Origin: Mobula hypostoma
Lineage: Eukaryota
Reading direction: 5' to 3'
DNA: 64,000 nucleotides
Assembly (NCBI RefSeq): GCF_963921235.1
Contig: NC_086102.1
Span: 68,138,001-68,202,000, forward strand
Below, one piece after another: positions 52,576 through 64,000 of this stretch. The notes below the pieces were generated by a model. It was given only the letters and a program-made list of their open reading frames with translations. It ran no database searches and was not told where the DNA came from. The stretch's first letter is position 1, and the number at the start of each line of letters is the position of its first letter. A program made the translations under genes and the position numbers.

Positions 52576-54580
52576 CTCTAAGGGATGAAAGCTGGGCACT
52601 GGCACTGATGCTGCCTTGACAAATAATAAATTGATGAGCGGTGAGGTAATTATATTCATTTTTGTTTGATTTACCCATTACTTAACAAGTGTGAATTTTG
52701 CCTGTTATGTCTCATCCTACTTTGCCAAATGAGCTATGACTGCATCTGCACACCACAGAAATTATTAGCCAAGTGTTGACATTATCAGAAATAGGTTCAT
52801 CACTGATGAGAAGTCAAGGATTATGAACAATGAATTTGGATCTTGGAGAAAAAAAGGCTGAGAGAAGATGCAGATCTTTGAACTGAGAGCATCAGAAATG
52901 TTGCAAGAAACCTGAAAATTTATTTGACTAATCATGATACAATGAAACCTAATTTTAGAAATAGATAAAATCTGCAAATCTGACTATTGCATTTTTCCTG
53001 CAATCAGGGGGAATCGTCTACACCAGTGTATAACAGTCTCACTTCAAAGAGCATGAAAAATATTAAGGAGGCAATGTACAATAATTTGTGTGGATTCAGC
53101 CCTTTGGAGTCTGCACATTGAGTTATTATGAATTCAGTGTCTAGCCAACACTAATTGGGATACTGATTATCTCAGTGAATCACTACAGCGAACAATTCAG
53201 TGAACTGAGTGGCAAGTCTCAGTTCAAGCTACTTGCTTTGCTTTCAGCACTTCTTTATGAGAAGTTACATTGTGGTATCAAAGATATGAAAAGTTATTCC
53301 AAAGCTAAACGTGGCTTTCTATTAGAGATGGCACAGCATTAGAAAGTCTACACAATACTCACATTGGCCCAAGAGCAGAGTTTGCAATTTTCATTAAGAG
53401 CCTCTAGCGATTCAAAGGTGCCTCAAAAATTACTCTTTGCTGATGCATATATTGGAGATATGGCCTCTGAGCATTCTTTGAGAATAGCATTTCAAGCTGA
53501 GACTCCTCTCCTAATTCTTCAAACATGTTTTATTTCTCTCTGTCTGTCTTTTCATTCTCCCTGAACAGCTGCTCACTGAGATGAATAGTAACTAAATTAC
53601 CTTTGCGCAGAAGCAACAGTATTTGCCAAAAGCTTGAAGGAAAGACAACATTCTTGTTTCCCCTTGAAATCCTTAAAACTTTCAGGTGCTCTGGAACACT
53701 TAAGACTAGCTTACTATAAGCAACATTATATGCAAATCAGTCAGGAGCTAATTTGTAGGTGTGTTGCCATTTCAAAAAGCATGAGTACTAAGTCCTCCCT
53801 GTAACTAAATGTTAAATTTTATTTATAAATAAAACATAGTACGGGGTACAACACTGAGATGCAATTAGACATTGCTGATATGAAATCATTGGTGCACACT
53901 AGACGTCACCATAATCTGCCTACTCCCCATATTCATTTGACAATTTTGCACACTTTGTATTTTTCTTCAATTGCCAGAATATGAGATTAAGTGTACATAT
54001 AAGCATAATACAGAAGGTTTAAAAGCACATTGGCCCTACAGTACCAAAGTAACAAGTATGGAACTGTGAAAAATGTCACTATTTTGCCTTTTTTATGAAA
54101 ATACAGAAAACATGGCATGGATGTGTGATTCAAAGCAAATAATTGATTGAGAAGTTAGTTCATCAGAAAATAACATGGAGTTCAACAATGGATAAATGTA
54201 TCAAGCAGTGAATGGAGGTGGTCAAAGGGGACCAAAAGGGACCAGAAAAGGAAATTTCATCAAGGAATAGGTCAAGTGAAAGGAAAATGAATCATAAGGA
54301 TGACTAATGATATAGATAAAATATAATATCACAGAGAAGAAATCTTACAACATACCAGTTGCTGAATATTTTTGTGGCACTATTGTAAAGGAATACAGGA
54401 AACAAATGGTTGGAATAAGTGGATATTTCATAGATTAAGGGAAAACAGCAGAAATGAAAGATGGATGTATTTTTGGTACTGTTATATATAGATGTTTTGA
54501 ATGTGAAAAGGTAAATACACTCAGTGGAAAGATGTTGCAGGGTCTGGTTTAACAGAAGGACCTAGGAGAAAAAAGTATTT

Positions 54581-54680
54581 GCAACAGACACAAAATGCTG
54601 GAGGAACTCAGCAGGCCAGGCAGCATCTATGGAAAAGAGTAAACTGTTGATGTTTCGGGCCCAGACTCTTCATTAGGACT
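54581..54680 (-). mobile_element. Penelope 3'-terminal fragment with mutated hammerhead
   Basis: gcaacagacacaaaatgctggaggaactcagcaggccaggcagcatctatgg...tttcgggcccagactcttcattaggact. Confidence 0.75.
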
Positions 54681-54959
54681 ATTGTCTTGTAAATTAAAGT
54701 GCAGGTATTAAATCCAGAGAAATGGCCAATGGTGGTCTGGATTTCATAAACAAGAATATATAAATGATAATAATTTTGAAAATGATTTGCTAATGATCAA
54801 AGTTGAGTACAATGTTTAAGTTTTGAAAACCTCATTACAGAGTCTTGAATTCAGTGCTTCTAAAAAAAATGGCATTAGGTTGCAGCCATTCAGTTTTCTT
54901 ACATTAACCATATGAGTGCAACTTCATATTAATTTGAAAATACAAAATAATCACTTTAC

Positions 54960-55124
54960 CTTAGGAAAATGAGAAGTATTGAATATTGCCAATGCAGCTG
55001 CAACATACATTCCATAGGGTGACTAGGCAATGACCGGCTTGCTGTCAGTCCAAGCAACTGCTGGCCACTCAAATGGTTTAATAAATCATAAATTGTTTTG
55101 TTTCCTTTACCACATGGCTTTTGG
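54960..55124 (-). CDS. CFAP47: CFAP47 exon QKPCGKGNKTIYDLLNHLSGQQLLGLTASRSLPSHPMECMLQLHWQYSILLIFL
   Basis: tttttttctgaacgcag acceptor, AG|gtaaag donor, 165 nt, phase 2-2; NKTIYD..HLSG..SLP..QLH motif as in CFAP47. Confidence 0.88.
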
Positions 55125-55820
55125 CTGCGTTCAGAAAAAAATGCTACCTTTAGATATACAGTCACTTTGTAATTTACTTAGTTCACTATTACCAGAAATT
55201 TCATTTGTTCTTCTCCAGTTCTGAACTTAAATTTTACCCTAGCAACACACGAAGGAGGAGCTGGGGGAATGCAGCAGGTCAGACAGTATCTATGGAGCGA
55301 AATAGATAGGTGAGACCCTTTATCTCAACTGGATATGTTAGTTGTCCATTATAATTAAATGATTAGAGAAAAAAGGCTTTTTATCTAATAATTATACATT
55401 TGGTCTTCTCTAGTTTCACCTTGAATTTTTCTTTCCTTTCAGTTTTATTTACAGTGCCTCTAATATTTTTGTGATTTGAAGTTTATCTTTGGGATCGTCT
55501 TCAACTATTTTTTCACTTCCTCTGCCTTTTTACCCTTTCACATTCTCTCTTGTATGGTTTCAACAATATTTTTTTCAAACTATATTTAGTCTGTGTTGCA
55601 TATCTAAATTGAGGTGTTATCTGTTTCACTGCTATGTTGGAATTTTCCATGAGGGTCAGCAGCTAAAGGTGCAGAGAAGAGCCCTGCCATTCACTTAAAG
55701 GCAAAGGAACGGAAGGTAAACAATGGTAGCCACAAGGCCCCTCAAGCCTGGATCACAATTCAATAACATATTGACTGAATCTGTGTCAGTTGCCCACATA
55801 ATCCTGATTTACTCACTGGG

Positions 55821-56112
55821 TGTCATAGTCACATAGCAGTTAGTGCAACACTATTACAGCTCAGCATGTTCTGGAGTTCAGAGTTCAATTCTGGCACCAT
55901 CTGTGAGGAGTTTGTATGTTCTCCCTGTGAGCCACATGGGTTTCCTCTGGGTGCCCTGGTTTCCTCCCACAGTACAAAGATGTACCGGTTAGCGGGATGG
56001 TCATTATTAATTGTCCTGTGATTAGGCTAGTGTTAAGTAGACGAGTTGCTGGGCGGTGCGGCTCGTTGGGCTGAAAGAGTCTGTTCCACACTGTATCGCT
56101 AAATAAATAAAT
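55821..56112 (+). mobile_element. HE1/V-domain tRNA-derived SINE
   Basis: B-box-like gagttcaattc, V-domain gggtttcctctgggtgccctggtttcctcccaca, (taaa)n tail. Confidence 0.72.
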
Positions 56113-56699
56113 ACTCCGATTCCCCTCACATCAAAAATCTGCCAATCGTAGTCTTAAATACAGTCAATAGCTGAGAATTCACAGTCCAGTCCTCTGACAA
56201 GAAAAATATCTCCACGTCAAGAAATTTCTCTGCATTCAGTCCTAAATGGCTAACATCTTGTCCTGAGATTATAATCCCTACTTCAAGGTGATCAAGCTAG
56301 AAGAACTAGCCTCTTAACATCTACGCTGTCAAAACCTGTATGTGTTGATACTACCTCTGACATTTTTCTAAATTCTACTGAATAAAGGACAATTTTCATA
56401 AAACTGGATGAAGTTTAAAATTGGAAAGCATTATTCCATTGTATCCATGTCAGTAGATCTCCCCAACCACTACATAATTTTCTGGACTTACTCTTTAGCC
56501 TTGCCTATCATAGTTCTTCAAAGATACAGCAATATATTAATTAAATATGTGTAATGACTATTGTTTATTGACTACAGCTCGACCTTCAATGCTATAATTC
56601 AAAGCAAACTCTCTTCTAAATTTATTGATTTGTTGACAATGGGATTCACCACCTCCCTTTGAATTTGAATGCTTGACTTCTTGCAATCAGTAGGGATAA

Positions 56700-57100
56700 G
56701 CAGCAACACCTCTGCCTTTCTTATCCACAAAACAGGTGCCCCACAAGACTGTGTCCTAAGACTCCTACCCTGTTCACTCATTACTGCATGGCCAGATTCT
56801 GCTCTAACTCCATCTACAAATTTATAGATGATATCATCATAGTTGGCTGAATCTTTAATGATGATGAGTTGGACTACAGGAAGGATTAACTCTTGACCTC
56901 ACAGTCTACCTCGTTATGACCTGCACATTGTCCACTTGCAATGCACTTCCTCTGCAACTGTAACACGGTATTCTGCACTCTGTTATTGTTCTACCATGTT
57001 CTATCTCAATGTGCTGTTATAATGAATTGATCTGTATGAATGATATGCAAAACACATTTTTCACTGCACTTTGGTACATGTGATAATAGTAAACCAATTT
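56700..57100 (+). mobile_element. Rex1-like LINE remnant
   Basis: acaggtgccccacaagactgtgtcctaag (TGAPQ.CVL), tacaaatttatagatgat. Confidence 0.6.
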
Positions 57101-58678
57101 ATCTGTTTCTTCCTCTGTACATTTTTCAAGCAGATAGTTCCAGAACCCTACCACAGCTGATGAAAACATTCTATCATAACTCCCATCTAATTATTCTACT
57201 AACTACTTTAAATCAATGGCCCTTGTTTAATGACCCCATTGCTAAAGGAAATGTCTTTCCTATTTCCTCTGCCTCAGAGCCTCAACGCATCTGTGAAGAA
57301 ATGCTAGCTTTCTTTATCATTACTTTGTTCCAATCCCAGCAGAATATTCATAAATCCTCTTTACATCTTCTCCAGTGAAATCACATCTTTCCTAGTTTGA
57401 AATGAGATCTGACCTAGTGTTGTTGCATAAACTCTCTTCTCTTACATTCCATACAATGATTAACAAAGGAAGGTTGGAATAAGTCAAGCTGTTACAGACC
57501 AGTTACTTTCATTTCAATGCAGGGCAAGATATTGTGTCTATTCCATGAGGCAAGATAAACCTTCATTTTCAAAGGGACAGATTAATCAGAGACACTCACT
57601 CAGCATATATTTGTTGAGAGAAGATTTACTCTGGCTGGCTTGGTTAAATATTTCTCTAACTGCAAGGTGACCAGCTTCTGAAACATATTCTCCACAATAC
57701 CCTCAGGCTCATGGCTGAACTATACCAATGTCAGATTTGCCTAATTTCCACAACCCAGAATTCAAGCTGCTCCACCTAATGATACCTTCTGCTCTTATAT
57801 TTATCCAGGACAGAGGAAATGTCCTGAAATTCTCAATTAGCAGAAAATACTCATTTCACAAGTCCAAGTTATCTTGCATACCTCATTCTGCAAAGGTTAG
57901 CACTAAGCATAAACCAGGATCATTAAATTTATTTAACTCTTTAGATATAAACTAGACTATTGACCTTGACTCACAGATGTCCATTATTCTCCAAAGTCCA
58001 CACTAGTGAAAACAATACTCCATGCACACTACACACTGTTTTAGCAGAACTCATGGAGCTAGATTCAGTTACCACAAGCCTTGAATCTACAGCCTTTAGT
58101 TACCATTTCCAGCTGGTGACTTAATTACATACAGACACCTATATGATTCTTTACAACAAAAAATGTTTCATTTATATAATATGTGCTCATATCTGACTCG
58201 AGGAAACTTTGGATGAGTGATATCACTTTCATCTAAGTCAAATGATTATGGATATGATTTAATAACACTTGTGATACCTTCATGAATTATTTTGGATAAA
58301 TTGGATGAAATAATAGTTTTGGTCTGTTTCTCGCTTGGATGTCATAATTCCATTGGTGCTATTCAAGTAAAAACAGAATGTTGACTGATCAAAATTTAAC
58401 CTCCAACAGACACCAGACAGACTATGTTCTCAATTAATTGGTGCTTAAAAAACCTCTGTGCAAATAAACTGGTTCATTTCCTTACAGTGGAACGTAACTG
58501 CCATTCAAAATCTTTGTAAACTACAAAACACATTGGAACATCTTGAGATTGTGACTTGTGTTCAAGCCAAACCATTTGTTTTCTCTCCCAATGTTCAAAT
58601 AAAGGTATTCCAAATTTGAACAAGCTGTTGAAAATGGTAATCATAGTTGCTTATAACAGATTGATTTTATGCACTTGC

Positions 58679-58889
58679 CTTCTCAGTGACTCTGGAACTG
58701 AAATAGGATGCATTCCATTTGGCCAACCGAAGAGACTGAACCAGATCTGAACAGCAGTTAGAACCTTCTGGCAGAATACATCTTTACTAGAAAACATTAG
58801 TTCCTTTAAATTGTTCTTTCTGTCTAAACCATCAACATCATCTTCTGGACTCGTCATTTCTAACTTGGAATCTCCACTTCCAATGGTAT
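58679..58889 (-). CDS. CFAP47: CFAP47 exon ...FCQKVLTAVQIWFSLFGWPNGMHPISVPESLR
   Basis: ctttttgtag acceptor, 211 nt, phase 1-2, ends at AAG|GCAAGT (GC donor); WFSLFGWP motif matches recalled CFAP47. Confidence 0.88.
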
Positions 58890-59959
58890 CTACAAAAAGA
58901 GATCATACTTCAAGTTTGCGAAACTGTTTACTTTAAACAACAGTAAATATTGCTTTACTACCTACGTTAACCATGAATTACTATATATAATCTAATGCTA
59001 TTTCCACAGTACTATTCTTTCACAAGCCAGGAAGAAACATTATCATATCAGTCTATGAGTTGTAAACAGTAATGTCATGCATCAGAAAGTTCTATCAATA
59101 AAAGGAAATGATAAAGGGCAAAATATGCTACAAAATAATCAATTCTCAACATTATTTTTATCAAAATTGCTTATGAGCAATCATGTATTGTATACAAATA
59201 TACAGCTTAATGCAAAAATCAAACAGCTGTAGACCAAAATGCTGCTTTTCTAAACATTTGTAAAACTACGGCATTAAACCAACTGATTAATTACGTATAT
59301 AAATTTCCTGAATGTTATGGTGATCCTTGACTAACTTTGTGGGTGATTTCGACACTAAACGTGAATTTCATCACTCATCTCTGCACCTTACAAAAGATAG
59401 AGACAACTTTAAATAAATGCCATTATTTTCTCAGTGACTCCTTCTTCCTTCCCTTGATTTATATCTAATTTCTTACAATGAACTGACTAGTTCCTTTGAT
59501 AACTTGGTGCTTGTTGTTTATGTAACCAGCTTTGTCTCCTTCTCAGCTCTCATCTTCTTTCACTTACACAAGTCTAGCATTTTCATGGTGTAACCTTTGT
59601 AACTGCGTACCACGCCAGCTATAGTAATGCTTTAATCATTATAAAGACCCTTAATTACAATTCTTGAAAGCCATAAATAGCAACCATAGCATAGCAAATG
59701 GACATTGATCAGTTCTTTTCTTTCATAAAGATAGTTTCCTGGAATACCATGTCCACCAGCATTTGATGTCACTTTCGATCATCTTGTCTGTTGACAAAGC
59801 ATTTCTGTACTGTTAACGTCAAGCCAAAAGTCCCACTCATAAACCAATCACTAGGTAAACTTCAGAATATGGTAATATTCAGAAGGTTGAATAGATCAAA
59901 GGCTTTAATTTGAAAATTTTCACTTTTAACTAAGAATACATGTGATTGGTAAAAATCAC

Positions 59960-60352
59960 AGCATGGTACGGAGCCTCCAAAGAACGGGAACGCAAGAGGC
60001 TACAGAGGACTGCAGGATCAGCCAGTTAGCCAGTTCTATCATGGGCATATTCCTCCCCTGTTTCGAGAACATCTTCAAAAGACAGTGCCTCAAAACGGCG
60101 GCATCCACCGTTAGAGACTCTTGCCATCCAGATTACGCCAGAAGACCAACATTCAACATTTATGAACAGCTTTTTTCTCCTCTGCCATCGGATTTCTGAA
60201 CAGTTCATGAACCCATGAACACTACCTCATTATTTATCTTTTGCACAGTATATTTATTTTTGTAACTGATAGTAATATTTTATATTTTGCACTGTACTGC
60301 TACCGCAAAACAATAAACCACAATAAACTTCAGTGAAAATAAACCTGATTTT
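59960..60352 (+). mobile_element. Rex1-like LINE 3' remnant
   Basis: WYGAS..., CLKTAASTVRDSCHP, aacagctttttt; tail aataaacctgatttt. Confidence 0.6.
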
Positions 60353-60993
60353 GATATCATGTATAAATTGTATATTTAATAAATTGGATAGATATCAGCA
60401 ACTTTCTTAACGCACCATTTTGCATGGTCAAAATAGCACTGTCAAAATTCATCATCATTCAATGAAAATTTATTTCATTATTCCCAATATTCGGGAAGGT
60501 ATTCTTACTAATCTAAGGAAGCAACCAGATGCACATTTTTCCAACTTTTCTCAAGCTTTTACTAATATGCATTTTGCTCACGTGGAAATTTAGTAGGAGT
60601 TGGATATCCCAGTAATATTTTTCCATCTTCTACTAATGACCTGCTCAAAGGCAAGTTAATATTTTATTTAACACCTGTGAATATTTTCAACTGCCAGTAA
60701 TCTCCAATGCTAACCCTGCTAAAATTTACAGTACAATATCACTGTAGTGACAAACAATCTGCATTGCAATAGCCTAATTACAACTTGTATGCCTGATACA
60801 ATCATAAGAATTGCTATAGTGATCCCCCATTGATGAAACAAGGTTGATATTTTGCATCTCAGTCCTGGCTTGCATCAAGTCTTCTTTCATCGAAATTATT
60901 AGAATTTATCAAAATAGTCTTCAGTTATAATCTAAGCCAAATGAACAAATCTAGCTTTTTATTTCAATATATAAATGTAAACTATTAGTTCAC

Positions 60994-61131
60994 CTGATGA
61001 AGATTCTTCAGAATAAGAACTTGTAACAGAAAGTACTTTGACTGTAGATGAACTTTGTAAGGAAACTCCAGGGGTATAATGTGGTTGAAGAATAACTTTT
61101 CCAGTGCTTTGATGATTGTTTGAATTATCTT
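60994..61131 (-). CDS. CFAP47: CFAP47 exon (first in window), DNSNNHQSTGKVILQPHYTPGVSLQSSSTVKVLSVTSSYSEESS
   Basis: tctttttag acceptor, G|gtgaac donor, 138 nt, phase 1-1, in frame with the next exon; this region is poorly conserved so identity rests on phase continuity. Confidence 0.75.
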
Positions 61132-61550
61132 CTAAAAAGAACACAAAGGATTATTGGTAAATGAATATTTATTCTATATTTATTCTGCTAATACAATGCT
61201 TTCATTTTATTTGAAAAACTGCATGATCAGATGGTTTCATCATACTACAGGACAAGACAGGAAAATTGTTTATTTCCAAGCAACTATTTATTTCAATGTT
61301 GATTAGTGTGAAATGTGGGCAAATTTTAAACAAGAACAGACACTTCTGAAAAATCTGGCTGAAAGCGCTTGGATGTGTGGCACAAATCTCACTGAAACTG
61401 AGTAATTATTTGAAGTTAATAATATTGAAATTCAAAGACCAGGGCCAAAAGAAGCCTTTGATGAACTGCAACTAACATGGGGAAGGCTAAAATAACTATC
61501 TCCTGCTCCAAATAGAGCTCAAAGTTTGCTATCAACTTTATCTCCTTGGC

Positions 61551-61632
61551 CAGGAGTTCCCATCTGGGGTCCATGGACCCCTCAGTTAATGGTAGGGGTT
61601 CATGAGATTAAAAAGAAGGTTCGGTATCCCTT
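61551..61632. mobile_element. Second copy of the hAT MITE, opposite orientation
   Basis: Reverse-complement similarity to 52495-52575; 6/8 matching flanks. Confidence 0.65.
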
Positions 61633-62280
61633 CCCTAGGCATTGTTGATGTTTCAGAATAGATCAAGAATCAAACCTACAGCATCCTCTGCAGACTGTTG
61701 TTTTCTTCCATTCCTACCTCACCTGATTTGCACAAAGCCCTCTTTCCTAAACTAATCACCTCCTGATTAACTTTACATATGGTCGCTTGGCTGTGTTTCC
61801 AATATCTATTGGTTGGAGAACAATGCCCTGCAGTTCAATCTTCTAATTGGTTCATTGATAATTTGTTTTCAACTAATATCTCCATCAAGCTGCATCCACA
61901 AAATGAAGAAAGAGGATATAATTAAATTCCAATTTTGAGCTATTTAAACATTATTTGTGAAATCAGAAGAACGTATATTCCTTCAATATCTTAGTGGCCT
62001 TTCATTTGCAATTTCACTTTTCTAAAGTGTTTGAATTATTAAAAATAAAATATAACAATAATCAGTTGCAATCTTCACTTAATTTCTAGATTTTTAGTAA
62101 CTGACAATTTATTTTTCAGGATTTCCCAGATGAAACCTTTAAAGTTTAATTTACAGATAATAACAATAAAACTTTAACACTTTTAATATGATTAAAATTA
62201 AATTTAGGATGCCTGTGCTTTATTTTATCCATTTTGAAACAAGTGCCCATTCCTGAAACTTTGCCTCCTATATTCTATCA

Positions 62281-62373
62281 TGGTAGCATAACAGTCAGGA
62301 CAACACTATTACAGGTCGGGGCATTCTGGAGTTCAGAGTTCAGTTCTAGTGCTGTTCTGTAAAAAGTTGCTGT
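62281..62373 (+). mobile_element. SINE 5' part interrupted by the LTR element
   Basis: caacactattacag...ttctggagttcagagttca matches 55846-55890. Confidence 0.6.
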
Positions 62374-62661
62374 TGTGGCGACCCACTTTCTGGCACACAC
62401 AAACCGGCTCACAACAGTGCACGCAGGCAGAGGGCCGGTCCCAAAAAGGGCGCCAGGCAATCTTCACCAGCAGGAGGAAAATCCCGCACGCGGAAAGGGT
62501 CTGGGAATATGCATTCCCCACAGCAATCCCGCCCCAGGGAGGGCGGGAACGGGAAGGCTTTAAAGCAGGCCGCGAAGTTTGAATAAATCTCTTTCATCAC
62601 AACTCTAACTCACCGACTCCGTGTGGTTACTCTAGCGCTGTGTGTAGCACACCGCTACAAT

Positions 62662-62675
62662 TGGTGACCCCGACG
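62662..62675 (+). promoter_or_regulatory. Primer-binding site, tRNA-Trp
   Basis: TGGTGACCCCGACG equals the first 14 nt of the avian sarcoma/leukosis virus tRNA-Trp PBS; 2 nt after the LTR CA. Confidence 0.8.
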
Positions 62676-62699
62676 GCCCAAACGATATTTGGACCAGAG

Positions 62700-63404
62700 A
62701 TGACCGACGCTGCATCTGTTCACGCAGTTTCGTTAAAACTGCCAAGCTTCTGGACGCTGCGACTCCATTTATGGTTCAAACAAGCAGAAGCTCAATTCCA
62801 CATTCGGCAGATAACCTCGGAGTCCACTCGCTACTACTACGTGCTGAGCTCCCTCGACCAGGAGACAGCTACACAAGTTGAGGAGTTTATACAGTCGCCC
62901 CCGGAGGATGGCAAATACACAGCATTCAAAGCCCTGCTCATAGGGACTTTCGGACTCTTACGGCGCGAACGAGCACGCCGCTTAATGCACCTGGATGGTT
63001 TGGGAGACAGGCTGCCGTCAGCGTTAACGAACGAGATGCTGGCCCTGGCTGAAGGACACAAACCCTGTCTCATGTTTGAGCAGGCGTTCCTAGAGCAACT
63101 GCCCGAGGACATACGCCTGCTGCTGTCCGACGCAGATTTCAGCAACCCCCGGGAGGAGGCGGCCCAAGCAGATGTGCTGTGGAATGCCAGGAAAGAGAGA
63201 GGGGCATCCGTCGCACAGATCATCAAGCTGCGTACCCAACGACAGACCAGACCAGGTCCAGCAGCAGAGCCTACAAAACCCGGCGACGGGAGTGAGGAGC
63301 CCAACGAACAATGGTGTTTCTACCACCAGCGGTGGGGCACAGAGGCCCGCTGCTGCAGACCACCCTGCAAATTCCCGGGAAACGCCAGGGCCAGCCGCCA
63401 CTGA
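62700..63404 (+). CDS. Gypsy gag
   Basis: VSLKLPSFW..WFKQAEAQF, LGDRLPS.L..EM, C-terminal CFYHQRWG..A.CCRPPC. Confidence 0.88.
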   Translation: MTDAASVHAVSLKLPSFWTLRLHLWFKQAEAQFHIRQITSESTRYYYVLSSLDQETATQVEEFIQSPPEDGKYTAFKALLIGTFGLLRRERARRLMHLDGLGDRLPSALTNEMLALAEGHKPCLMFEQAFLEQLPEDIRLLLSDADFSNPREEAAQADVLWNARKERGASVAQIIKLRTQRQTRPGPAAEPTKPGDGSEEPNEQWCFYHQRWGTEARCCRPPCKFPGNARASRH

Positions 63405-64000
63405 TGGCTACGGTGGCTGGCCATCAGGACAGCCTTCTGTATGTCTGGGACAAGCAGTCGGGACGCCACCTTTTGGTCGACACCGGAGCGGAGATCAGCG
63501 TCTTACCTCCAACGAGTTATAATACCTGCAACAGAGAACCGGGACCCGCCCTGAGGGCCGCAAATGGCAGCACAATACGAACCTACGGCATCCGCACGGT
63601 GCGGCTACAGTTCAGCTCCAGCCGGTTCACGTGGGACTTCACACTGGCCGCCGTGGCCCAACCACTCCTGGGGGCGAATTTTCTACGAGCCCACAGCCTG
63701 CTGGTCGACCTGCAACGGAAGCGCTTAGTCCACGCCAAGACTTTTCAAACGTTCTTCCTGGGTGAAGCAGAGTTGCCAGCCGCACACCTGGACTCCATCA
63801 CGCTGTCTGACGATGAATTCACCAGGGTCCTGGCGGATTTCCCATCAGTACTGACACTGCAGTTCACGGCAGCCATGCCCAGACACGGAGTACAGCACCA
63901 CATCCCGACCCAGGGACCACCCCTCCACGCCCGTGCTCGAAGGCTTCCCCCGGACAAGCTCCGGCTGGCGAAGGAGGAGTTCAAGAAGATGGAGGAATTG
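63380..64000 (+). CDS. Gypsy pol N-terminus (aspartic protease into RT), -1 frame relative to gag, partial
   Basis: LLVDTGAEISVLP protease motif, LLGANFL, VQHHIPT..PP...RARRLPP; no stop to the window end. Confidence 0.88.

Larger units (their letters stand above)
62374..64000 (+). mobile_element. Young Gypsy LTR retrotransposon (5' LTR 62374-62659, gag, start of pol), runs off the window
   Basis: TGTGGCG...CGCTACA LTR ends, AATAAA 62582, PBS, uninterrupted gag and pol, CpG-rich. Confidence 0.93.

Noticed and set aside
53600-53690. Exon-like open segment with a gtaatt donor
   Set aside because: Ends in phase 1, and the conserved FLR-AQGAC join needs no extra exon
57600-57677. Exon-like segment (tttcag ... 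gtgagt) as the missing small exon
   Set aside because: Open only as phase 1-1; the required phase-2 reading hits a stop
1-64000. Prokaryotic systems (CRISPR, retron, defence operon) suggested by the many RT and nuclease ORFs
   Set aside because: The RTs are CR1, Rex1, Gypsy and Penelope types inside spliceosomal introns; there is no repeat-spacer array or operon structure

Overview
Vertebrate genomic DNA, inferred to be from a cartilaginous fish (probably a ray) because of its CR1, HE1-type SINE and Neptune-type Penelope content. No prokaryotic system is present. The window covers the middle of a large minus-strand gene that I recognise as CFAP47 (cilia- and flagella-associated protein 47, calponin-homology region). 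Thirteen exons between 61131 and 12457 join in frame with matching splice phases, and one join requires a GC-AG intron. The introns are packed with transposons: three Gypsy-type LTR elements (one Gmr1-like, one chromovirus, one young element with a tRNA-Trp PBS and a -1 frameshift signal), nested CR1 and Rex1 LINEs, a Tigger-like deletion derivative, hAT MITEs and SINEs. The most interesting system is a young Penelope-like family carrying a minimal hammerhead ribozyme. It occurs as fold-back insertions from about 5 kb (1.9-kb inverted arms) down to about 230 bp (99-bp spacerless palindrome), and both TSD-flanked examples share the same junction geometry. Homology calls rest on remembered motifs, not on database searches.
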